64,000 nt of DNA from Lingula anatina (taxonomy: Eukaryota > Animalia > Brachiopoda). The notes beneath the pieces are model-generated. The model saw only the letters and a program-made list of their open reading frames with translations. It did no database searches and was not told the DNA's origin. The stretch covers positions 4,340,001-4,404,000 of the forward strand of contig JBPQGU010000016.1 of NCBI GenBank assembly GCA_051362555.1, written 5' to 3'. This document shows positions 1-12,300 of this stretch, piece by piece. Each line of letters opens with the position of its first letter. The stretch's first letter is position 1. Made by a program: the position numbers and the translations under genes.

Positions 1-297
1 AAAAAGTGACGAAAATCAATCTACCACACCTGTCATTCATAAAAAATGTGGAAACGTGCCCGGGTCACTTCATCAAGGCCCGCAATTCTAGCTTTAAAGA
101 TGATCCAAAAATAAGCTCTGAGAACAGAATCTGAAAGGGGGGGGGAGACATAGTTTTTGCTCTATTTCTTCCTTAATGTTGACACCACCACTCTTCCAGC
201 ACTTTATTCTTACTACAAATGACCGAACACACCTACCTGACAATATAATGAAGAAAAAAAATTTTCATCCCTACCTGGCCAAAATTGAAGAAATCTC

Positions 298-313
298 ACA
301 GTGCCGGCACTGT
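298..313. repeat. 16-bp perfect palindrome ACAGTGCCGGCACTGT (one per monomer; first copy given)
   Basis: Self-complementary sequence read directly; present in nearly every monomer. Confidence 0.95.
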
Positions 314-3300
314 TCAAAATCACTCAAAATCACCAAAAATCGACCCGTCTCCGATTTTTCCAAAAAGTGACGAAAATCAATCTACAACACCTGTCATTCA
401 TAAAAAATGTGGAAACGCGCCCGGGTCACTTCATCAAGGCCCCCAATTCTAGCTTTAAAGATGATCCAAAAATAAGCTCTGAGAACAGAATCTGAGAGGG
501 GGGGGGGGAGACAGAGTTTTTGCTCTATTTCTTCCTTAATGTTGACACCACCACTCTTCCAGCACTTTATTCTTACTACAAATGACCGAACACACCTACC
601 TGACACTATAATAAAGAAAAAAAATTTTCATCCCTACCTGGCCAAAATTGAAGAAATCTCACAGTGCCGGCACTGTTCAAAATCACTCAAAATCACCAAA
701 AATCGACCCGTCTCTGATTTTTCCAAAAAGTGACGAAAATCAATCTACCACACCTGTCATTCATAAAAAAATGTGGAAACGCGCCCGGGTCACTTCATCA
801 AGGCCCCCAATTCTAGCTTTAAAGATGATCCAAAAATAAGCTCTGAGAACAGAATCTGAGAGGGGGGGGGAGACAGAGTTTTTGCTCTATTTCTTCCTTA
901 ATGTTGACACCACCACTCTTCCAGCACTTTATTCTTACTACAAACGACCAAACACACCTACCTGACACTATAATGAAGAAAAAAAATTTTCATCCCTACC
1001 TGGCCAAAATTGAAGAAATCTCACAGTGCCGGCACTGTTCAAAATCACTCAAAATCACCAAAAATCGACCCGTCTCCGATTTTTCCAAAAAGTGACGAAA
1101 ATCAATCTACCACACCTGTCATTCATAAAAAATGTGGAAACGTGCCCGGGTCACTTCATCAAGGCCCGCAATTCTAGCTTTAAAGATGATCCAAAAATAA
1201 GCTCTGAGAACAGAATCTGAGAGGGGGGGGGGAGACAGAGTTTTTGCTCTATTTCTTCCTTAATGTGGACACCACCACTCTTCCAGCACTTTATTCTTAC
1301 TACAAATGACCGAACACACCTACCTGACACTATAATGAAGAAAAAAAATTTTCATCCCTACCTGGCCAAAATTGAAGAAATCTCACAGTGCCGGCACTGT
1401 TCAAAATCACTCAAAATCAACAAAAATCGACCCGTCTCCGATTTTTCCAAAAAGTGACGAAAATCAATCTACCACACCTGTCATTCATAAAAAATGTGGA
1501 AACGCACCCGGGTCACTTCATCAAGGCCCCCAATTCTAGCTTTAAAGATTATCCAAAAATAAGCTCTGAGAACAGAATCTGAAAGGGGGGGGGGAGACAT
1601 AGTTTTTGCTCTATTTCTTCCTTAATGTTGACACCACCACTCTTCCAGCACTTTATTCTTACTACAAATGACCGAACACACCTACCTGACACTATAATGA
1701 AGAAAAAAAATTTTCATCCCTACCTGGCCAAAATTGAAGAAATCTCACAGTGCCGGCACTGTTCAAAATCACTCAAAATCACCAAAAATCGACCCGTCTC
1801 CGATTTTTCCAAAAAGTGACGAAAATCAATCTACAACACCTGTCATTCATAAAAAATGTGGAAACGCGCCCGGGTCACTTCATCAAGGCCCCCAATTCTA
1901 GCTTTAAAGATGATCCAAAAATAAGCTCTGAGAACAGAATCTGAGAGGGGGGGGGGGAGACAGAGTTTTTGCTCTATTTCTTCCTTAATGTTGACACCAC
2001 CACTCTTCCAGCACTTTATTCTTACTACAAATGACCGAACACACCTACCTGACACTATAATAAAGAAAAAAAATTTTCATCCCTACCTGGCCAAAATTGA
2101 AGAAATCTCACAGTGCCGGCACTGTTCAAAATCACTCAAAATCACCAAAAATCGACCCGTCTCCGATTTTTCCAAAAAGTGACGAAAATCAATCTACCAC
2201 ACCTGTCATTCATAAAAAAATGTGGAAACGCGCCCGGGTCACTTCATCAAGGCCCCCAATTCTAGCTTTAAAGATGATCCAAAAATAAGCTCTGAGAACA
2301 GAATCTGAGAGGGGGGGGGGGAGACAGAGTTTTTGCTCTATTTATTCCTTAATGTTGACACCACCACTCTTCCAGCACTTTATTCTTACTACAAACGACC
2401 AAACACACCTACCTGACACTATAATGAAGAAAAAAAATTTTCATCCCTACCTGGCCAAAATTGAAGAAATCTCACAGTGCCGGCACTGTTCAAAATCACT
2501 CAAAATCACCAAAAATCGACCCGTCTCCGATTTTTCCAAAAAGTGACGAAAATCAATCTACCACACCTGTCATTCATAAAAAATGTGGAAACGTGCCCGG
2601 GTCACTTCATCAAGGCCCGCAATTCTAGCTTTAAAGATGATCCAAAAATAAGCTCTGAGAACAGAATCTGAAAGGGGGGGGGAGACATAGTTTTTGCTCT
2701 ATTTCTTCCTTAATGTTGACACCACCACTCTTCCAGCACTTTATTCTTACTACAAATGACCGAACACACCTACCTGACACTATAATGAAGAAAAAAAATT
2801 TTCATCCCTACCTGGCCAAAATTGAAGAAATCTCACAGTGCCGGCACTGTTCAAAATCACTCAAAATCACCAAAAATCGACCCGTCTCCGATTTTTCCAA
2901 AAAGTGACGAAAATCAATCTACAACACCTGTCATTCATAAAAAATGTGGAAACGCGCCCGGGTCACTTCATCAAGGCCCCCAATTCTAGCTTTAAAGATG
3001 ATCCAAAAATAAGCTCTGAGAACAGAATCTGAGAGGGGGGGGGGAGACAGAGTTTTTGCTCTATTTCTTCCTTAATGTTGACACCACCACTCTTCCAGCA
3101 CTTTATTCTTACTACAAATGACCGAACACACCTACCTGACACTATAATGAAGAAAAAAAATTTTCATCCCTACCTGGCCAAAATTGAAGAAATCTCACAG
3201 TGCCGGCACTGTTCAAAATCACTCAAAATCACCAAAAATCGACCCGTCTCCGATTTTTCCAAAAAGTGACGAAAATCAATCTACCACACCTGTCATTCAT

Positions 3301-6300
3301 AAAAAATGTGGAAACGCACCCGGGTCACTTCATCAAGGCCCCCAATTCTAGCTTTAAAGATGATCCAAAAATAAGCTCTGAGAACAGAATCTGAGAGGGG
3401 GGGGGGAGACAGAGTTTTTGCTCTATTTCTTCCTTAATGTTGACACCACCACTCTTCCAGCACTTTATTCTTACTACAAATGACCGAACACACCTACCTG
3501 ACACTATAATGAAGAAAAAAAATTTTCATCCCTACCTGGCCAAAATTGAAGAAATCTCACAGTGCCGGCACTGTTCAAAATCACTCAAAATCACCAAAAA
3601 TCGACCCGTCTCCGATTTTTCCAAAAAGTGACGAAAATCAATCTACCACACCTGTCATTCATAAAAAATGTGGAAACGCGCCCGGGTCACTTCATCAAGG
3701 CCCCCAATTCTAGCTTTAAAGATGATCCAAAAATAAGCTCTGAGAACAGAATCTGAGAGGGGGGGGGAGACAGAGTTTTTGCTCTATTTCTTCCTTAATG
3801 TTGACACCACCACTCTTCCAGCACTTTATTCTTACTACAAATGATCGAACACACCTACCTGACACTATAATGAAGAAAAATAATTTTCATCCCTACCTGG
3901 CCAAAATTGAAGAACTCTCACAGTGCTGGCACTGTTCAACATCACTCAAAATCACCAAAAATCGACCCGTCTCTGATTTTTCCAAAAAGTGACGAAAATC
4001 AATCTACCACACCTGTCATTCATAAAAAAATGTGGAAACGCGCCCGGGTCACTTCATCAAGGCCCCCAATTCTAGCTTTAAAGATGATCCAAAAATAAGC
4101 TCTGAGAACAGAATCTGAGAGGGGGGGGGGGAGACAGAGTTTTTGCTCTATTTCTTCCTTAATGTTGACACCACCACTCTTCCAGCACTTTATTCTTACT
4201 ACAAACGACCAAACACACCTACCTGACACTATAATGAAGAAAAAAAATTTTCATCCCTACCTGGCCAAAATTGAAGAAATCTCACAGTGCCGGCACTGTT
4301 CAAAATCACTCAAAATCACCAAAAATCGACCCGTCTCCGATTTTTCCAAAAAGTGACGAAAATCAATCTACCACACCTGTCATTCATAAAAAATGTGGAA
4401 ACGTGCCCGGGTCACTTCATCAAGGCCCGCAATTCTAGCTTTAAAGATGATCCAAAAATAAGCTCTGAGAACAGAATCTGAAAGGGGGGGGGAGACATAG
4501 TTTTTGCTCTATTTCTTCCTTAATGTTGACACCACCACTCTTCCAGCACTTTATTCTTACTACAAATGACCGAACACACCTACCTGACACTATAATGAAG
4601 AAAAAAAATTTTCATCCCTACCTGGCCAAAATTGAAGAAATCTCACAGTGCCGGCACTGTTCAAAATCACTCAAAATCACCAAAAATCGACCCGTCTCCG
4701 ATTTTTCCAAAAAGTGACGAAAATCAATCTACAACACCTGTCATTCATAAAAAATGTGGAAACGCGCCCGGGTCACTTCATCAAGGCCCCCAATTCTAGC
4801 TTTAAAGATGATCCAAAAATAAGCTCTGAGAACAGAATCTGAGAGGGGGGGGGGGGAGACAGAGTTTTTGCTCTATTTCTTCCTTAATGTTGACACCACC
4901 ACTCTTCCAGCACTTTATTCTTACTACAAATGACCGAACACACCTACCTGACACAATAATAAAGAAAAAAAATTTTCATCCCTACCTGGCCAAAATTGAA
5001 GAAATCTCACAGTGCCGGCACTGTTCAAAATCACTCAAAATCACCAAAAATCGACCCGTCTCTGATTTTTCCAAAAAGTGACGAAAATCAATCTACCACA
5101 CCTGTCATTCATAAAAAAATGTGGAAACGTGCCCGGGTCACTTCATCAAGGCCCCCAATTCTAGCTTTAAAGATGATCCAAAAATAAGCTCTGAGAACAG
5201 AATCTGAGAGGGGGGGGGGAGACAGAGTTTTTGCTCTATTTCTTCCTTAATGTTGACACCACCACTCTTCCAGCACTTTATTCTTACTACAAACGACCAA
5301 ACACACCTACCTGACACTATAATGAAGAAAAAAAATTTTCATCCCTACCTGGCCAAAATTGAAGAAATCTCACAGTGCCGGCACTGTTCAAAATCACTCA
5401 AAATCACCAAAAATCGACCCGTCTCCGATTTTTCCAAAAAGTGACGAAAATCAATCTACCACACCTGTCATTCATAAAAAATGTGGAAACGTGCCCGGGT
5501 CACTTCATCAAGGCCCGCAATTCTAGCTTTAAAGATGATCCAAAAATAAGCTCTGAGAACAGAATCTGAGAGGGGGGGGGAGACAGAGTTTTTGCTCTAT
5601 TTCTTCCTTAATGTGGACACCACCACTCTTCCAGCACTTTATTCTTACTACAAATGACCGAACACACCTACCTGACACTATAATGAAGAAAAAAAATTTT
5701 CATCCCTACCTGGCCAAAATTGAAGAAATCTCACAGTGCCGGCACTGTTCAAAATCACTCAAAATCAACAAAAATCGACCCGTCTCCGATTTTTCCAAAA
5801 AGTGACGAAAATCAATCTACCACACCTGTCATTCATAAAAAAATGTGGAAACGCGCCCGGGTCACTTCATCAAGGCCCCCAATTCTAGCTTTAAAGATGA
5901 TCCAAAAATAAGCTCTGAGAACAGAATCTGAGAGGGGGGGGGGAGACAGAGTTTTTGCTCTATTTCTTCCTTAATGTTGACACCACCACTCTTCCAGCAC
6001 TTTATTCTTACTACAAATGACCGAACACACCTACCTGACACTATAATGAAGAAAAAAAATTTTCATCCCTACCTGGCCAAAATTGAAGAAATCTCACAGT
6101 GCCGGCACTGTTCAAAATCACTCAAAATCACCAAAAATCGACCCGTCTCCGATTTTTCCAAAAAGTGACGAAAATCAATCTACCACACCTGTCATTCATA
6201 AAAAATGTGGAAACGCGCCCGGGTCACTTCATCAAGGCCCCCAATTCTAGCTTTAAAGATGATCCAAAAATAAGCTCTGAGAACAGAATCTGAGAGGGGG

Positions 6301-9300
6301 GGGGAGACAGAGTTTTTGCTCTATTTCTTCCTTAATGTTGACACCACCACTCTTCCAGCACTTTATTCTTACTACAAATGATCGAACACACCTACCTGAC
6401 ACTATAATGAAGAAAAATAATTTTCATCCCTACCTGGCCAAAATTGAAGAACTCTCACAGTGCTGGCACTGTTCAACATCACTCAAAATCACCAAAAATC
6501 GACCCGTCTCCGATTTTTCCAAAAAGTGACGAAAATCAATCTACCACACCTGTCATTCATAAAAAATGTGGAAACGCGCCCGGGTCACTTCATCAAGGCC
6601 CCCAATTCTAGCTTTAAAGATGATCCAAAAATAAGCTCTGAGAACAGAATCTGAGAGGGGGGGGGGGGAGACAAAGTTTTTGCTCTATTTCTTCCTTAAT
6701 GTTGACACCACCACTCTTCCAGCACTTTATTCTTACTACAAATGACCAAACACACCTACCTGACACTATAATGAAGAAAAAAAATTTTCATCCCTACCTG
6801 GCCAAAATTGAAGAACTCTCACAGTGCCCGCACTGTTCAAAATCACTCAAAATCACCAAAAATCGACCCGTCTCCGATTTTTCCAAAAAGTGACGAAAAT
6901 CAATCTACCACACCTGTCATTCATAAAAAATGTGGAAACGCACCCGGGTCACTTCATCAAGGCCCCCAATTCTAGCTTTAAAGATTATCCAAAAATAAGC
7001 TCTGAGAACAGAATCTGAGAGGGGGGGGGGAGACATAGTTTTTGCTCTATTTCTTCCTTAATGTTGACACCACCACTCTTCCAGCACTTTATTCTTACTA
7101 CAAATGACCGAACACACCTACCTGACACTATAATGAAGAAAAAAAATTTTCATCCCTACCTGGCCAAAATTGAAGAAATCTCACAGTGCCGGCACTGTTC
7201 AAAATCACTCAAAATCACCAAAAATCGACCCGTCTCCGATTTTTCCAAAAAGTGACGAAAATCAATCTACCACACCTGTCATTCATAAAAAATGTGGAAA
7301 CGCGCCCGGGTTACTTCATCAAGGCCCCCAATTCTAGCTTTAAAGATAATCCAAAAATAAGCTCTGAGAACAGAATCTGAGAGGGGGGGGGGGGAGACAG
7401 AGTTTTTGCTCTATTTCTTCCTTAATGTTGACAGCACCACTCTTCCAGCACTTTATTCTTACTACAAATGACCGAACACACCTACCTGACACTATAATAA
7501 AGAAAAAAAAATTTTCATCCCTACCTGGCCAAAATTGAAGAACTCTCACAGTGCCGACACTGTTCAAAATCACTCAAAATCACCAAAAATCGACCCGTCT
7601 CCGATTTTTCCAAAAAGTGACGAAAATCAATCTACCACACCTGTCATTCATAAAAAATGTGGAAACGCACCCGGGTCACTTCATCAAGGCCCCCAATTCT
7701 AGCTTTAAAGATTATCCAAAAATAAGCTCTGAGAACAGAATCTGAGAGGGGGGGGGAGACATAGTTTTTGCTCTATTTCTTCCTTAATGTTGACACCACC
7801 ACTCTTCCAGCACTTTATTCTTACTACAAATGACCGAACACACCTACCTGACACTATAATGAAGAAAAAAAATTTTCATCCCTACCTGGCCAAAATTGAA
7901 GAAATCTCACAGTGCCGGCACTGTTCAAAATCACTCAAAATCACCAAAAATCGACCCGTCTCCGATTTTTCCAAAAAGTGACGAAAATCAATCTACCACA
8001 CCTGTCATTCATAAAAAATGTGGAAACGCGCCCGGGTCACTTCATCAAGGCCCCCATTTCTAGCTTTAAAGATGATCCAAAAATAAGCTCTGAGAACAGA
8101 ATCTGAGAGGGGGGGGGGGAGATAGAGTTTTTGCTCTATTTCTTCCTTAATGTTGACACCACCACTCTTCCAGCACTTTATTCTTACTACAAATGACCGA
8201 ACACACCTACCTGACACTATAATAAAGAAAAAAAATTTTCATCCCTACCTGGCCAAAATTGAAGAAATCTCACAGTGCCGGCACTGTTCAAAATCACTCA
8301 AAATCACCAAAAATCGACCCGTCTCTGATTTTTCCAAAAAGTGACGAAAATCAATCTACCACACCTGTCATTCATAAAAAAATGTGGAAACGCGCCTGGG
8401 TCACTTCATCAAGGCCCCCAATTCTAGCTTTAAAGATGATCCAAAAATAAGCTCTGAGAACAGAATCTGAGAGGGGGGGGGGAGACAGAGTTTTTGCTCT
8501 ATTTCTTCCTTAATGTTGACACCACCACTCTTCCAGCACTTTATTCTTACTACAAATGACCAAACACACCTACCTGACACTATAATGAAGAAAAAAAATT
8601 TTCATCCCTACCTGGCCAAAATTGAAGAAATCTCACAGTGCCGGCACTGTTCAAAATCACTCAAAATCACCAAAAATCGACCCGTCTCCGATTTTTCCAA
8701 AAAGTGACGAAAATCAATCTACCACACCTGTCATTCATAAAAAATGTGGAAACGCGCCCGGGTCACTTCATCAAGGCCCGCAATTCTAGCTTTAAAGATG
8801 ATCCAAAAATAAGCTCTGAGAACAGAATCTGAGAGGGGGGGGGGGGAGACAGAGTTTTTGCTCTATTTCTTCCTTAATGTGGACACCACCACTCTTCCAG
8901 CACTTTATTCTTACTACGAATGACCGAACACACCTACCTGACACTATAATGAAGAAAAAAAATTTTCATCCCTACCTGGCCAAAATTGAAGAAATCTCAC
9001 AGTGCCGGCACTGTTCAAAATCACTCAAAATCAACAAAAATCGACCCGTCTCCGATTTTTCCAAAAAGTGACGAAAATCAATCTACCACACCTGTCATTC
9101 ATAAAAAATGTGGAAACGCGCCCGGGTCACTTCATCAAGGCCCCCAATTCTAGCTTTAAAGATGATCCAAAAATAAGCTCTGAGAACAGAATCTGAGAGG
9201 GGGTGGGGAGACAGAGTTTTTGCTCTATTTCTTCCTTAATGTTGACACCACCACTCTTCCAGCACCTTATTCTTACTACAAATGACCGAACACACCTACC

Positions 9301-12300
9301 TGACACTATAATGAAGAAAAAAAATTTTCATCCCTACCTGGCCAAAATTGAAGAAATCTCACAGTGCCGCACTGTTCAAAATCACTCAAAATCACCAAAA
9401 ATCGACCCGTCTCCGATTTTTCCAAAAAGTGACGAAAATCAATCTACCACACCTGTCATTCATAAAAAATGTGGAAACGCACCCGGGTCACTTCATCAAG
9501 GCCCCCAATTCTAGCTTTAAAGATGATCCAAAAATAAGCTCTGAGAACAGAATCTGAGAGGGGGGGGGAGACAGAGTTTTTGCTCTATTTCTTCCTTAAT
9601 GTTGACACCACCACTCTTCCAGCACTTTATTCTTACTACAAATGACCGAACACACCTACCTGACACTATAATGAAGAAAAAAAATTTTCATCCCTACCTG
9701 GCCAAAATTGAAGAAATCTCACAGTGCCGGCACTGTTCAAAATCACTCAAAATCAACAAAAATCGACCCGTCTCCGATTTTTCCAAAAAGTGACGAAAAT
9801 CAATCTACCACACCTGTCATTCATAAAAAATGTGGAAACGCGCCCGGGTCACTTCATCAAGGCCCCCAATTCTAGCTTTAAAGATGATCCAAAAATAAGC
9901 TCTGAGAACAGAATCTGAGAGGGGGGGGGGAGACAGAGTTTTTGCTCTATTTCTTCCTTAATGTTGACACCACCACTCTTCCAGCACTTTATTCTTACTA
10001 CAAATGACCGAACACACCTACCTGACACTATAATGAAGAAAAAAAATTTTCATCCCTACCGGGCCAAAATTGAAGAAATTTCACAGTGCCGGCACTGTTC
10101 AAAATCACTCAAAATCACCAAAAATCGACCCGTCTCCGATTTTTCCAAAAAGTGACGAAAATCAATCTACCACACCTGTCATTCATAAAAAATGTGGAAA
10201 CGCACCCGGGTCACTTCATCAAGGCCCCCAATTCTAGCTTTAAAGATGATCCAAAAATAAGCTCTGAGAACAGAATCTGAGAGGGGGGGGGAGACAGAGT
10301 TTTTGCTCTATTTCTTCCTTAATGTTGACACCACCACTCTTCCAGCACTTTATTCTTACTACAAATGACCGAACACACCTACCTGACACTATAATGAAGA
10401 AAAAAAATTTTCATCCCTACCTGGCCAAAATTGAAGAAATCTCACAGTGCCGGCACTGTTCAAAATCACTCAAAATCACCAAAAATCGACCCGTCTCCGA
10501 TTTTTCCAAAAAGTGACGAAAATCAATCTACCACACCTGTCATTCATAAAAAATGTGGAAACGCGCCCGGGTCACTTCATCAAGGCCCCCAATGCTAGCT
10601 TTAAAGATGATCCAAAAATAAGCTCTGAGAACAGAATCTGAGAGGGGGGGGGGGGGAGACACAGTTTTTGCTCTATTTCTTCCTTAATGTTGACACCACC
10701 ACTCTTCCAGCACTTTATTCTTACTACAAATGACCGAACACACCTACCTGACACTATAATGAAGAAAAAAAATTTTCATCCCTACCTGGCCAAAATTGAA
10801 GAAATCTCACAGTACCAGCACTGTTCAAAATCACTCAAAATCACCAAAAATCGACCCGTCTACGATTTTTCCAAAAAGTGACGAAAATCAATCTACCACA
10901 CCTGTCATTCATAAAAAATGTGGAAACGCGCCCGGGTCACTTCATCAAGGCCCCCAATTCTAGCTTTAAAGATGATCCAAAAATAAGCTCTGAGAACAGA
11001 ATCTGAGAGGGGGGGGGGGAGACAGAGTTTTTGCTCTATTTCTTCCTTAATGTTGACACCACCACTCTTCCAGCACTTTATTCTTACTACAAATGACCGA
11101 ACACACCTACCTGACACTATAATGAAGAAAAAAAATTTTCATCCCTACCTGGCCAAAATTGAAGAACTCTCACAGTGCTGGCACTGTTCAAAATCACTCA
11201 AAATCACCAAAAATCGAACCGTCTCCGATTTTTCCAAAAAGTGACGAAAATCAATCTACCACACCTGTCATTCATAAAAAATGTGGAAACGCGCCCGGGT
11301 CACTTCATCAAGGCCCCCAATTCTAGCTTTAAAGATGATCCAAAAATAAGCTCTGAGAACAGAATCTGAGAGGGGGGGGGAGACAGAGTTTTTGCTCTAT
11401 TTCTTCCTTAATGATGACACCACCACTCTTCCAGCACTTTATTCTTACTACGAATGACCGAACACACCTACCTGACACTATAATGAAGAAAAAAAATTTT
11501 CATCCCTACCTGGCCAAAATTGAAGAACTCTCACAGTACCGGCACTGTTCAAAATCACTCAAAATCACCAAAAATCGACCCGTCTCCGATTTTTCCAAAA
11601 AGTGACGAAAATCAATCTACCACACCTGTCATTCATAAAAAATGTGGAAACGCGCCCGGGTCACTTCATCAAGGCCCCCAATTCTAGCTTTAAAGATGAT
11701 CCAAAAATAAGCTCTGAGAACAGAATCTGAGAGGGGGGGGGAGACAGAGTTTTTGCTCTATTTCTTCCTTAATGTTGACACCACCACTCTTCCAGCACTT
11801 TATTCTTACTACAAATGACCGAACACACCTACCTGACACTATAATGAAGAAAAAAAATTTTCATCCCTACCTGGCCAAAATTGAAGAAATCTCACAGTAC
11901 CGGCACTGTTCAAAATCACTCAAAATCACCAAAAATCGACCCATCTCCGATTTTTCCAAAAAGTGACGAAAATCAATCTACCACACCTGTCATTCATAAA
12001 AAATGTGGAAACGCGCCCGGGTCACTTCATCAAAGCCCCCAATTCTAGCTTTAAAGATGATCCAAAAATAAGCTCTGAGAACAGAATCTGAGAGGGGGGG
12101 GGGGAAACAGAGTTTTTGCTCTATTTCTTCCTTAATGTTGACACCACCACTCTTCCAGCACTTTATTCTTACTACAAATGACCGAACACACCTACCTGAC
12201 ACTATAATGAAGAAAAAAAATTTTCATCCCTACCTGGCCAAAATTGAAGAACTCTCACAGTGCTGGCACTGTTCAAAATCACTCAAAATCACCAAAAATC

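Noticed and set aside
179-249. Perfect TTGACA and TATAAT hexamers in each monomer
   Set aside because: They are about 59 bp apart rather than ~17 bp, and the context is eukaryotic satellite, so this is not a sigma70 promoter.
342-360. CENP-B-box-like motif at CCCGTCTCCGATTTT
   Set aside because: It matches CCCGnnT but lacks the required CGAA at the correct spacing.
225-410. Possible ancestral ~180-bp dimer structure (ACCTGACAC vs ACCTGTCAT followed by A-tracts)
   Set aside because: The similarity is short, and the spacing (~155/207 bp) does not halve the monomer.
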